Of a stretch of DNA of 64,000 bases, positions 19,019 through 27,815 are shown piece after piece. Positions within the stretch are counted from its first letter, which is position 1, and the number at the start of each line of letters is the position of its first letter. Location of the stretch: IMG/VR virus record IMGVR_UViG_2808606779_000004, positions 688 through 64,687 of that record, one strand, 5' to 3'. Source of the DNA: a virus. Its lineage: Duplodnaviria > Caudoviricetes. The notes below the pieces were generated by a model. The model was not told the DNA's origin and did not search any database. It saw only the letters and a program-made list of their open reading frames with translations. The position numbers and the translations under genes were made by a program.

Positions 19019-19276
19019 ATGGCTACCAAGCACACTGAGAAGACCGACGTCGAAACCTGGCTCGACAACCTGGAAGTCGACCCGGCCAAGGCCCGCGACG
19101 CGCGCCACATGCGCCGGATCGCCGCGGCGGCAACCGCGTGCGACGCCGCCGAAACTGAATTGAACGATGCCGTTGCCGAAGCACGCGCAGCCGGCGACAC
19201 CTGGGCAATGATCGGAACGGCGCTCAGCATCAGCCGCCAGGCCGCTTACCAGCGATTCGGAAAGTCCGAGCAGTGA
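19019..19276 (+). CDS. HTH antitoxin-like protein
   Basis: [34 protein letters not shown]; directly follows the toxin. Confidence 0.75.
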   Translation: MATKHTEKTDVETWLDNLEVDPAKARDARHMRRIAAAATACDAAETELNDAVAEARAAGDTWAMIGTALSISRQAAYQRFGKSEQ

Positions 19277-19560
19277 GCCGCGGCTTGTACGGCGTGGTCA
19301 GCGCTGGTCCCGGCAACATCGTTCCAATCAGCAAGGCCAAGGCCAAGTTGTCCGAACTGGTCCGACAGGCAGCCGAGGAAGACGTTGTCCTGATGAATCA
19401 CGGGACGCCGGCCGCCGTGCTGATCTCGGCTGAACGGTACGACTCGATCCTTGAAGAACTGGAAGACCTACGCGACCGTCTCAGCGTGCATGAGCGCAGC
19501 GGCGTAACCATCTCGGCCGACAAGCTCATGACCGAACTCGGATTGGCGTCTGAGCAGTGA
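19273..19560 (+). CDS. Phd/YefM-family antitoxin
   Basis: [34 protein letters not shown] motif. Confidence 0.85.
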   Translation: MSRGLYGVVSAGPGNIVPISKAKAKLSELVRQAAEEDVVLMNHGTPAAVLISAERYDSILEELEDLRDRLSVHERSGVTISADKLMTELGLASEQ

Positions 19561-19808
19561 GCACGTTGGGTCAGTACGCGCGCGGCGTGATCGCGGCGCG
19601 CGGCGTGAAGGTGTCCGACTACGTGAAGTTCGCCAGCGGGGGTGACACGTGGCACGGCGATCGATGTGGCTGCCCGGATGACCGATGCAGCGGTGGTTAC
19701 CACCACGACGGCGGCGACGACGACTGCGGGTGTCTTCCGGCAGTCCTGGACGAGATGCTCGGCCAAGGCGTGTGGGCGACTATCAAGGGTCCCGCTCATG
19801 CCACGTAG
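19557..19808 (+). CDS. Small Cys/His-rich hypothetical protein
   Basis: GTGA overlap with the previous gene; CGCPDDRC..GYHH....CGCL. Confidence 0.6.
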   Translation: MSTLGQYARGVIAARGVKVSDYVKFASGGDTWHGDRCGCPDDRCSGGYHHDGGDDDCGCLPAVLDEMLGQGVWATIKGPAHAT

Positions 19809-19998
19809 GAATCTGTTCATCCGGACGCCGAAGATGTCGCACGGGGACGCCGGCCGTATCGCCGAGCTGTGCGAGCGGTCCGGCCAGCCGCTGGTCCCGT
19901 GGCAGCGGGAATGGCTGGACCGAGCCGAATCGGCATCGATGGCCGAGCAGTTCGGCGAGATCGTGCGCGCGAACCGACTTGGAGGGATGAGCCGATGA
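19798..19998 (+). CDS. Hypothetical protein
   Basis: Overlapping coupling; contains LVPWQREWL. Confidence 0.5.
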   Translation: MPRRNLFIRTPKMSHGDAGRIAELCERSGQPLVPWQREWLDRAESASMAEQFGEIVRANRLGGMSR

Positions 19999-20204
19999 GC
20001 GACGGGCCGATCTACGCCACCGGCACCTTTGAGGTTGAGTTCAGCGACCCCGAAGACGCTCGCCGCGTGCATGAGTTGATGCAGGGTGGGCTGTTCTTTC
20101 AGCAGGCGGTCGACCAGTTGGAGCTGCGGCCGAACGTCCATTTCTCGCTGACGCGGACCGACAATGGACCGGACGGCCGCGGCGCCTCAACCGACCACAC
20201 GTAG
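19995..20204 (+). CDS. Hypothetical protein
   Basis: ATGA overlap with the previous gene; GGAGG upstream. Confidence 0.5.
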   Translation: MSDGPIYATGTFEVEFSDPEDARRVHELMQGGLFFQQAVDQLELRPNVHFSLTRTDNGPDGRGASTDHT

Positions 20205-20207
20205 CGG

Positions 20208-20438
20208 TCAGAGCTCGCGGACCGGCGCCGGGCCCTGCGGATCGCACGCGGCGCCGGGCTCCGGGAACGCTGCCACCGCACCACAGGGACACGTCCAGTT
20301 CCGGTGGCCATCGTGCGCCGTGCATGGCCGGTAGCTGACGATCATCCGCCCCGGGATGAACGGGTGGCCGGCCGGGCAGTGTGTCGGCGCCAGCTGCTTC
20401 CAGCCGCCCGACGTCGACCGCACCAGATCACCAACCAC
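20208..20438 (-). CDS. Small zinc-finger protein
   Basis: PTHCPAGH...C..H.GH..WTCPCG; start uncertain. Confidence 0.6.
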   Translation of the reverse strand: MVGDLVRSTSGGWKQLAPTHCPAGHPFIPGRMIVSYRPCTAHDGHRNWTCPCGAVAAFPEPGAACDPQGPAPVREL

Positions 20439-20499
20439 CGCCGCCACCCCACAACCGTATGACCGGGAACTGACAGGCCGCCAGCAGCGTCCAACCTTC

Positions 20500-20643
20500 A
20501 TGCGAACTATCGAGGACGTTGACGCCGAGCTCCGGGCACTGGCCGCGTACCGGGCCGCGTGCGCCGAGGCCGGCGACCCCGTCCGGACAACTACCGCCGT
20601 CGACCGGCTGCTCGATGAACGGTCAGAATGCGGCCTCGAGTAG
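20500..20643 (+). CDS. Small helical protein overlapping the terL 3' end in antisense
   Basis: MRTIEDVDAELRALAAYR...DRLLDER, a pattern familiar from mycobacterial prophages. Confidence 0.55.
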   Translation: MRTIEDVDAELRALAAYRAACAEAGDPVRTTTAVDRLLDERSECGLE

Positions 20644-22305
20644 GTCCAGTTCGTCCAGGTCGTGACCGTCGTCGGACGTCATCGGCGCCGGCGACGAACC
20701 CAACTCTTCGGCGAACATCTGCACACCCCAGTGGGCCAGAGTCACCGCCGACCACTGCGGAACACCGGCATCAGCGTCGTTCCACACGAAATCGCCCATC
20801 TTGAGTTCACGCTTCTCGACCACCTTCAGCGCGTCTTCCAAGATCGGCTGCCCGGTGTGCGACAGCTCGGCGGCCAGCGCCGCGTCCACGAAACCGCTAC
20901 ACGCCTTCGCCATCTGCGGTGTGCTCGCCTCGGTCAGCTCGTAACCGAGATCCCGCATCCGCGCGACCAACACGTTCGCCTTGCCGCGCCCGTCGACAAT
21001 GATCGCCGCCGGATCCCACAACTCGATCAGGATCACCAGGAACAGCGCCACGTCTGGAAGCTTCGCGTTCCGCAGATACCCGACTTCCAGATGAACCTTC
21101 CCGCCGGCCGTGCGCGAGCCGCCGGCGATCGCCCACCGCCGGCGGTCCCACGATCGGTGAATCGCGATCACGCGCTCACCGACCAGCTCAGGCGACCTGT
21201 CTTCCATCGCCGTCCACGTTTCCAGCGGAAAGACTGGTTCGCGATCCGATTCATCCGGCGGATAGATACCCCAGCCGAGGAAATCAGCGTCGTACAAGGC
21301 GAGCGCATCCGCAGTGGTGGCCGAACGCCGCTCGGCGTCCATGTCGCGCTGCCGGTGGATCACGCCGTGCGACGGGTTGCCCATCCTGGCCGCGTCCGGA
21401 TGGTCCCGGGCCGCGGCCAGCGCCCGCGCGTCGACGTTGAGGTCGCCGGTCGGCTCCGGTCGCGGCGCCATCCATTCGGCGAAGAACAAATCCGGCGACT
21501 TCTTCCGGCCGAGCCTGCGCATCGACGCCAACACGTGGCAATGCACGTACTTCGGATCGGTGTACACCGGTGGCGTCGACAGGTAGATCGTCTGTGGGTT
21601 CAGCGCGGCCAGCTGCGCACCAGTGAGGCCGGTCTTCTGCGCGGCGGTCAGCTTGTACGCCTCATCGAAAATGACCAGGTCAAGCTTCGTCAGACCAACG
21701 CCCATATCGGCGCTCCGCAGCCCGACCCGGAGCTCGGCGCCGTTGGCTAGTTCGATCGTGCCGCGGTCTTTGTCCTTGGAGTACCCGTACGGCAGGCCGA
21801 CGCGCGGCTGAAGCTGCGCCAGCAGTTCCGGCGAACCCTTGATGATCTCGACCAGCCGGTCGTAGACGTCTTCAGCCGTGGCCCACCGCTGCGCCGAGTA
21901 GATGATCTTCTCGCCGAGCACGAACAGCCCGAACAAGATCCGCCAGAGCGCGATCTCCGTTTTGCCGTTCTGCCGGGGAACGATCAGGCAGACGTCGCGG
22001 TGCGTCCACAACCGGATCCCGTCGTCGTCGGCCGGCATCCGCGAGCAGATCTTGCGCAGCGCCCACCACTGCCACGGCATACACCGCGTACCGAACTGGT
22101 CGGCGAGCGCGGCGGTTACGTCGCCGTCGCGCTCGTCACCCTTGAAGCCGTGCCAGAACTCCGGCTCTTGCCGACCGGTCAGCCGTGGCCACGCTCCGAT
22201 GAACTTCGGGTACGGCTTCGGAAGGAAATCCTCGGGCAGCTCGGCCCGGCCACGCGCGGCCTGCGCGACCGCGGCTTCGGCCTCGGCGAGTTTCGGCGGC
22301 GTCAT
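20623..22305 (-). CDS. terL: Terminase large subunit
   Basis: PWQ, VPRQNGKT (Walker A), IFDEA (Walker B), C-terminal RuvC-like nuclease. Confidence 0.95.
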   Translation of the reverse strand: MTPPKLAEAEAAVAQAARGRAELPEDFLPKPYPKFIGAWPRLTGRQEPEFWHGFKGDERDGDVTAALADQFGTRCMPWQWWALRKICSRMPADDDGIRLWTHRDVCLIVPRQNGKTEIALWRILFGLFVLGEKIIYSAQRWATAEDVYDRLVEIIKGSPELLAQLQPRVGLPYGYSKDKDRGTIELANGAELRVGLRSADMGVGLTKLDLVIFDEAYKLTAAQKTGLTGAQLAALNPQTIYLSTPPVYTDPKYVHCHVLASMRRLGRKKSPDLFFAEWMAPRPEPTGDLNVDARALAAARDHPDAARMGNPSHGVIHRQRDMDAERRSATTADALALYDADFLGWGIYPPDESDREPVFPLETWTAMEDRSPELVGERVIAIHRSWDRRRWAIAGGSRTAGGKVHLEVGYLRNAKLPDVALFLVILIELWDPAAIIVDGRGKANVLVARMRDLGYELTEASTPQMAKACSGFVDAALAAELSHTGQPILEDALKVVEKRELKMGDFVWNDADAGVPQWSAVTLAHWGVQMFAEELGSSPAPMTSDDGHDLDELDLLEAAF

Positions 22306-22628
22306 CAGTCCCGCCACACCGCCAGATAGAACGGGCCGCCCTCACCGTCCGACCAGCGCGCCGCGAACACTTCGTAGATCCAGCATCCGTTTGCACATTC
22401 GACGCGCAGGAACCCGTCCCGTGTCACAGTGCCCACCGCGCCGAACCAGTCAGCACCGTCTGGCTGTAGCGCCTCGACAAGGTCTTCCATCGACATCAGA
22501 GTGATCGGTGGCGGCGGTGGGTCATTCAACCGGCCGGCGTAGATCCGCGGCGCCGAGCTGGCCATCCCGAACCGCGTCTCGCCGAAGCGTTTCTCGTCCT
22601 CGCCGACATAGACCTCGACCACATCCAC
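22305..22628 (-). CDS. Hypothetical protein between terS and terL
   Basis: 107 aa, translationally coupled to terL. Confidence 0.55.
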   Translation of the reverse strand: MDVVEVYVGEDEKRFGETRFGMASSAPRIYAGRLNDPPPPPITLMSMEDLVEALQPDGADWFGAVGTVTRDGFLRVECANGCWIYEVFAARWSDGEGGPFYLAVWRD

Positions 22629-22629
22629 G

Positions 22630-23130
22630 TCACTTCGCCTTGCCGTAGATCTCGGTGATGATCCGAGCGATCGTGTCGGGCTTGCTGTTTGATCCATCAC
22701 CACTTCCCGCCGGCCGCATCCGCTGAATGTCCATGATGAGCTTTCGCAACACTTCGGACTGCTGAGCTTCCTCGCGCACCGTGCCGACAAGCCGGACCTC
22801 GGCCACCTGATCGGCGATCTTCACCGCCAACCACACGCCCGGATCGCCCGTGTGCATCCGATCGAGCACTTCCAGCCGATCAGCAACACGGCACGCCTGC
22901 GCCATCAACAGTTCCGCGGCCGGTTCCATCTTCGGCCAAGCCAATTCGCGCCGTAACCGCGCGCCGGCCGACAACCGCGGACCCTTACGCACAACTTTCG
23001 CCGATTTTGGCGCCGATTCTGTCCGTTTACGGGCCGGTTGTTTGCCCTGATCAGGGGCCGGTTTCTCGCTACTTGGGGTGGTTTTCGTCCGTTTCGTTGT
23101 CCGGGCCGATGTCCGTTTCTGCGCCGTCAT
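22630..23130 (-). CDS. terS: Terminase small subunit
   Basis: First gene after the cos-like dyad; L.QACR.ADRL..L...EE.QQ..VLRKLI pattern. Confidence 0.75.
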   Translation of the reverse strand: MTAQKRTSARTTKRTKTTPSSEKPAPDQGKQPARKRTESAPKSAKVVRKGPRLSAGARLRRELAWPKMEPAAELLMAQACRVADRLEVLDRMHTGDPGVWLAVKIADQVAEVRLVGTVREEAQQSEVLRKLIMDIQRMRPAGSGDGSNSKPDTIARIITEIYGKAK

Positions 23131-23160
23131 CGGGGCCCGCCGGCCGAATTTGAACTCGCG

Positions 23161-23227
23161 CCCCGAAAAAAAGAACGACTCACCCCGGGGTAGTCGCCTA
23201 CCCCCCGGGGGTCTGATTTTTTCGGGG
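23161..23227. other. cos-like packaging site with dyad symmetry
   Basis: CCCCGAAAAAA (23161-23171) and TTTTTTCGGGG (23217-23227) flank CCCCGGGGTAG-TCGC-CTACCCCCCGGGG; lies between HNH and terS. Confidence 0.7.
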
Positions 23228-23259
23228 GGCATCGTCGCAGGTCAGAGCCTCGCTGGCGA

Positions 23260-23856
23260 TCAGCCGATGAGTGCAAGTTGCTCGCCTCCTCCGCCTGCGA
23301 GCTTCAGCAGGTTGCATTCCCAGTGCGAGCATTGGGTATTGGCGTAGGTGTGCCCGCCGCCGCGGGCCATCGGGATCACGTGGTCGAGGCTGGCGCTACG
23401 TGGGTGTGGGTATTTCAGCCGCTTGTCGACAGGCTCATGGCAAATGCCGCAGCACCAGCGGTCACGCCTGAATACCCGGAGTCTGTCGACGTATTCGTAC
23501 TCGACGCCGTATCGCTTCGCACGCGCTCGGTGGTTGCCTGGCGATAGGGCCAGGCCGAGCTGTCTGCGATTGCGTTGGTACTCGCGGCCTTGTGCTCGGC
23601 GTTGTTCGGCGTAGTCGGGTCCGTACTGCTCGCGATGGATCTTGCGGCAGCTGTGGCAGATCAGCCCATCGCGGGATCGTGCTGCGGTTGGTCGGAGTTG
23701 GCCGCACTTCGCGCACGGTCTGCGAATCGTCTTGCCGGTCTTGTTGTAGGTGTGTCTGGTTGCGGCTGCTTGGCGGCATGTGATCGAGCAGTAGGTTGCG
23801 GGGCGGCCTCGGCCTGTCCGTGGCGGTAGGGCGACGTCGCACGTGGCGCAGTTCAT
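23260..23856 (-). CDS. HNH endonuclease (terminase-associated position)
   Basis: WCCGIC...SLDHVIPMARGGGH...N..CSH..CN motif. Confidence 0.9.
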   Translation of the reverse strand: MNCATCDVALPPRTGRGRPATYCSITCRQAAATRHTYNKTGKTIRRPCAKCGQLRPTAARSRDGLICHSCRKIHREQYGPDYAEQRRAQGREYQRNRRQLGLALSPGNHRARAKRYGVEYEYVDRLRVFRRDRWCCGICHEPVDKRLKYPHPRSASLDHVIPMARGGGHTYANTQCSHWECNLLKLAGGGGEQLALIG

Positions 23857-23860
23857 CGCG

Positions 23861-24094
23861 TCAGTCCTCTTGTTGGGTGATCCAGTCGTAGAACTCTTGG
23901 GCGGTGGCGAGGACTTCGGCGGCGACGTTGGCGCGGTCGAATATGGCCATTGAGTCGCCGGTTTCGCAGTGGAGTTGGGTGGCGTTGTAGAGCGCACGTT
24001 CGCGCATCTCTTGGCGTTGGCGGCGTGTCTCGTCGGCGCTCCGGGCGATCCACTCTTCGGCGCCGGCCCACGGTGGGATGTTCATCTGTGTCAT
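23861..24094 (-). CDS. Hypothetical protein
   Basis: 77 aa; RERALYNATQLH...VLATAQEFYDWI. Confidence 0.6.
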   Translation of the reverse strand: MTQMNIPPWAGAEEWIARSADETRRQRQEMRERALYNATQLHCETGDSMAIFDRANVAAEVLATAQEFYDWITQQED

Positions 24095-24096
24095 GG

Positions 24097-24294
24097 TCAG
24101 ACCTCCGGGTTGTGTGTTGCGTCGGGGTGGGTTGGTTCAGGATCGCCTGGTAGCCAGGTGGTTACGGTGATGGCTGGCGGGTGTTCGCCGAGCCAGTCGC
24201 ACCAGGGCGAGCCGCACGTCGGGCAGCAGGTGCAGTCGGCGGGCCGCTCGTCGCCTTCGGCCGCTTCGCATGAGTGACAGGTGCCCTTACTCAT
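24097..24294 (-). CDS. Small Cys-rich protein
   Basis: CHSC...CTCCPTCG..WC; overlapping coupling. Confidence 0.55.
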   Translation of the reverse strand: MSKGTCHSCEAAEGDERPADCTCCPTCGSPWCDWLGEHPPAITVTTWLPGDPEPTHPDATHNPEV

Positions 24295-24616
24295 CGGCCG
24301 GCCCGTCTGCGAGTGCGGGGTAGCGGTCCAGGAGCTGCACGGCCAGGCCATTCATTGACCGCATGTGACTCACTGAGGGCATGGGGTCCCACCCGTAGGT
24401 CATTTCGATCAGCTCGTTGGTCAGTTGCTTGATGCGCTTGTCCCGCTTGGCTTCTTCGGCTTGCTCGCGCTCGCGGCGTACGGCGATGTTGTCCAGAAGT
24501 ATCGCAGCGCGCGCCATGCCGTCGTGCTCGCCTCCGGTCCAAACGTGGGGAGGGACGCTGAATGCGCGCACCACTTCGGCGGCGTCTCGGATGCGTTCGG
24601 GAGTGAGATCGGTCAT
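24287..24616 (-). CDS. Hypothetical protein
   Basis: 109 aa, coupled on both sides. Confidence 0.55.
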   Translation of the reverse strand: MTDLTPERIRDAAEVVRAFSVPPHVWTGGEHDGMARAAILLDNIAVRREREQAEEAKRDKRIKQLTNELIEMTYGWDPMPSVSHMRSMNGLAVQLLDRYPALADGPADE

Positions 24617-24960
24617 CAGCTTGCCTTGTCTCTCAGGTAGTTCCGGATTTCGGGTGGGGTTTGTGCGCAGTTGCAGATGTATTCGTAGCCGCCGATTTCG
24701 ATGACGTGGTCGCAGCCGGCTTCGTCGTGGTCTTCGATGTCGTGGGGGCACCAGGGGCAGATGATGCGGGCGGCTTCGGGTGCTTGTTGGTGGCGGCGCC
24801 ATGCTGCGATTGCTGCGCGGGTGGTTCCGTGTCGGCGGATGGTGCCGTCGAGTTTGACCTGTGTTTTCTTGCCGCAGTCGGGGCATGTGCCGCGCCAGGG
24901 TCCGTCTTGGGTGTTGGCTTTGGTGTCGCTGCCGGGGCACCGGATCCGGGTTGCTTTCAT
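24616..24960 (-). CDS. Zinc-ribbon protein
   Basis: CPG...CPDCG...V..DG.IRRH and CPWCPH...H...C motifs. Confidence 0.55.
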   Translation of the reverse strand: MKATRIRCPGSDTKANTQDGPWRGTCPDCGKKTQVKLDGTIRRHGTTRAAIAAWRRHQQAPEAARIICPWCPHDIEDHDEAGCDHVIEIGGYEYICNCAQTPPEIRNYLRDKAS

Positions 24961-25106
24961 GCGGGTTTCTTTCGTGTGCAGTCGGCGCGGTGTGTGCCGT
25001 GTACGGCGTGGTAGTAGCCGCAGCCGGAGCAGAACGTTTCGGGGCGGTCGTGGGCGGATTGGTAGAGCTGGCGCCACCGGTCCCGAGGCTTCGATTCCTT
25101 GCTCAT
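24957..25106 (-). CDS. Small Cys/His protein (below the ORF-track cutoff)
   Basis: MSKESKPRDRW...FCSGCGYYHAVHGTHRADC; ATGA overlaps at both ends. Confidence 0.55.
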   Translation of the reverse strand: MSKESKPRDRWRQLYQSAHDRPETFCSGCGYYHAVHGTHRADCTRKKPA

Positions 25107-25315
25107 CGGATGCTCGATCCGAATGCCCACGGCGCCAGCGATTCAACGACGCTGGCAAGGTGCTCGGCGGCGATGTCGTAGCGGTGTGGGTGGCGTTCGA
25201 TCGTGCTGTCGTCTCGGACCCGGCAGACCCGGCCGCACTGCGGGCAGTAGTCCGAATCTTGACTGATGTCGCCGATCGCGCCGGTTCCCGGGCACGGCTT
25301 CAATTCCTTGCTCAT
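25103..25315 (-). CDS. Zinc-ribbon protein
   Basis: CPG...CPQCGR...V.DD.TIERH, similar to the 24616 ORF. Confidence 0.55.
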   Translation of the reverse strand: MSKELKPCPGTGAIGDISQDSDYCPQCGRVCRVRDDSTIERHPHRYDIAAEHLASVVESLAPWAFGSSIR

Positions 25316-25500
25316 GGCAGCGGTCCGCCGAGTGCGGTAACCACTTCATCGACGGTCATGCCGGCTTCGTATGCGTCGCGAATTGGCCTGTTAGCTGCGG
25401 CCATCGCTGCATCGAGTTGCTGCTTGCGGTGTTTCACTTCCGCCCCGATATGAGCGAGTTCGGCGCATATGGTGTCGCGGTCGATCATGCTGCGGGCCAT
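25312..25500 (-). CDS. Small HTH-like protein
   Basis: IRDAYEAGMTVDEVVTALG. Confidence 0.5.
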   Translation of the reverse strand: MARSMIDRDTICAELAHIGAEVKHRKQQLDAAMAAANRPIRDAYEAGMTVDEVVTALGGPLP

Positions 25501-25874
25501 CCCATCGCGAGTTCGCCGAGTGGTGTTTCGGTGCGGATGAGTCGGAGTGCGGGCCGTTCGTGGTCCCGGGATCCGTCGCCGCGCTGTTTGTTGCACAAGC
25601 CGTGTAGCAGGCGGTTTGCGATCTTGCCGGCGCCTTTGCCGTCTGGGTGGTCGCCTGCGAGCTGTCCGGATGTGGTGTCGGGCTTGCCATCTGATCGGGT
25701 GGCGGTGGGGTCGTAGTCGTGGTTCTTTGTGCGGTCGCGGAACATCGGCAGGCCGCACCACCAGCAGATCGTGCCGTCAACGTGGTTGGCGCGCAGGCGA
25801 TCAGCCTGGACGCGATGGCTGTAGTCGTAGCCGCGTTCCGAGGGCGACGGGCGGCGTTTACGTGGCGCGGCCAT
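25485..25874 (-). CDS. HNH-like protein
   Basis: CWWCG.PM...LAGDH...RLLHGLCNKQRG. Confidence 0.7.
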   Translation of the reverse strand: MAAPRKRRPSPSERGYDYSHRVQADRLRANHVDGTICWWCGLPMFRDRTKNHDYDPTATRSDGKPDTTSGQLAGDHPDGKGAGKIANRLLHGLCNKQRGDGSRDHERPALRLIRTETPLGELAMGWPAA

Positions 25875-27010
25875 CAGGCGAACGCCGGTCCGTCACCGCG
25901 GGGTAGCGGCTTGATGGGGTCGCGGCCGGCTTGGCGTAGTGCGGCGTCGATGGCGGCCTCGCGCTCGACGTCGAGTTTCGGCCTGTCGAGTTTCGGCCAG
26001 GGCTTCCAGGCGATATCGAGCTCGCCCAACGCTTCAGCGATCCACGCCTTGCCGCACCAGCAGCGCCATTTGTCGCCGGGTGCAGCGTTGGGCTGGTCGC
26101 ATCGGTGGGAACTGTCCGCGATCTGCGTGACTGTCGCGCCGCACTGGTTGCATACCCACGGTCCCGCCGGGCCGGGCCCGTGAAGCGTCTTGTGTGGGCA
26201 GAGCGGAAGCGTGGCATCGGGTGTGACATTTCCGTGAATATCTTTCGCGGGAATGTCACTTTCGGTCTGTTCTGCCTGTTCGGCGATAGCTTGGCCGGCC
26301 TGTTCGGCGAATTTGTCGAGTACGGCGCGGTTGTGGAGTTCGCCGCCGTTGGCGTACGCCTCGCGGAGCCGCTGGTTGGCGGCTTCGTATGCGTCTTGTG
26401 CCCGGGCGACTTCGGCTTGCGCCGCGGAGATCTCGATCGAGGCCAGGCGGCGTCGGGTCTCGTCATCGACCGGCCCGGCGCCGGCCGCGAGCTTGTCGAA
26501 CGTGGTCTCAGGCTCGGGCGCGCGGTGTCGGCCGCCGGCGGGCCGCTGCTTGCCTGCGGGGTGGCGTTCCATCGCTGCGAGTTCGTCGGCGGACTTCTCG
26601 CGCACCACATGCAGAGTCGGCGATGTGCGGTGGTACTTCGGATCTGACGCAGCGAGAGCGTCCTCGGCCGCGGTGCCTTCCTGGCGGGCCCGGGCTTCGC
26701 GGATCCGCTTCGATGCCTGCGCGCTGTCCTCGGCGATCATCTGCGTGTCGGCGATCGACGCATCGACCGGGGTTGCGGGGATCGCTTCGCAGTGGCCGAG
26801 GACGCCGCGTAGCTGCTGGCAGATCGTCAGGAACAGCGGCATTTCGGCTTCGGTGACCTTGACGACGAACGATTTGTCGCCGGCGAGTTGCACGATGTGG
26901 AACTTGCCGGGCTGTTTGAGGAATGCCTTCATCTGGTCGGCGGGGCTGTCGCTGGCGAAGGGTCGGCGGTTCTTCTTCGCGCGGCGGGCTTTGCGGTTGA
27001 GCATCGACAT
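25874..27010 (-). CDS. Hypothetical protein (coiled coil, C-terminal Cys motifs)
   Basis: 378 aa open frame in the operon. Confidence 0.6.
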   Translation of the reverse strand: MSMLNRKARRAKKNRRPFASDSPADQMKAFLKQPGKFHIVQLAGDKSFVVKVTEAEMPLFLTICQQLRGVLGHCEAIPATPVDASIADTQMIAEDSAQASKRIREARARQEGTAAEDALAASDPKYHRTSPTLHVVREKSADELAAMERHPAGKQRPAGGRHRAPEPETTFDKLAAGAGPVDDETRRRLASIEISAAQAEVARAQDAYEAANQRLREAYANGGELHNRAVLDKFAEQAGQAIAEQAEQTESDIPAKDIHGNVTPDATLPLCPHKTLHGPGPAGPWVCNQCGATVTQIADSSHRCDQPNAAPGDKWRCWCGKAWIAEALGELDIAWKPWPKLDRPKLDVEREAAIDAALRQAGRDPIKPLPRGDGPAFA

Positions 27011-27014
27011 CGGT

Positions 27015-27815
27015 TCAGTTCCCTTCGGTGGTGGTGGCCTGGACGTAGGGGTAGGGCCAGCCGCAGCGGTGCGGGTTCTCGCAGTAGCAGGCGTCTTTCG
27101 CGCAGGTGTGCGCTCCGGACTGGCAGCCGGGGCAGGATCCGCGGCCGGTGTTGGCCAGCGTCTCGGCGAGCTCTACGAATCCGGTCATCGCGGCGTGTGC
27201 GCGCTTCAGGACGTCCGGGGCGGGTTCGGCCACGCCGGGGAACGGTGACCGGCCGAGCACTTCGTTGAGAGTGATCGGAAGCTGAACCAGCGCGCCTGAT
27301 TTGAGCGTGACAGCGACACCGAGGTCGGGAAACGCCGGGTTTGGCGGGACGGTCACGGACGGAAGCCAGCGCTCGGCGTCGAGGGTGAGCCGTTCGCCGT
27401 CTTCGTGGGTCTGAACGTCACTGGCCAGGATCGAGTGAATTCGCTTGCCGTCGACCAGGATCTCGACGTGGCGAAACGGCGGGTGCTGCGGCGCGCAGCT
27501 CTGGACTTCGCCGTGTTCGGGGATAGCGCGCGCCGGAGGGTTGCCGTCCTCCGACTGGCCCAGGCTTGCCGGCGTCTGCTCACTTTCGCCGATTTGACGC
27601 GCCGCAGCGGCTTCGACGGTAGCGAGATCGGGGCTCTCGGGTGTGTGAGCTACCGCAGCCAGGTATGCGGCTTCGGCGACCTTGTCCCAGCACGGTTCAC
27701 CGTCGAGCGTTCCCCATTCGTCGCGATTCCAGTAACCGGCGCCTTCGATCTCGCCAGCTTCGTGTTGGCGATCCAGCTCATCGAAGATCGCCGCTTTCGT
27801 GCGTTCGACGGTCAC
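27015..27815 (-). CDS. Hypothetical protein
   Basis: 266 aa, C-terminal CPGC...H.C...C..C motif. Confidence 0.55.
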   Translation of the reverse strand: MTVERTKAAIFDELDRQHEAGEIEGAGYWNRDEWGTLDGEPCWDKVAEAAYLAAVAHTPESPDLATVEAAAARQIGESEQTPASLGQSEDGNPPARAIPEHGEVQSCAPQHPPFRHVEILVDGKRIHSILASDVQTHEDGERLTLDAERWLPSVTVPPNPAFPDLGVAVTLKSGALVQLPITLNEVLGRSPFPGVAEPAPDVLKRAHAAMTGFVELAETLANTGRGSCPGCQSGAHTCAKDACYCENPHRCGWPYPYVQATTTEGN

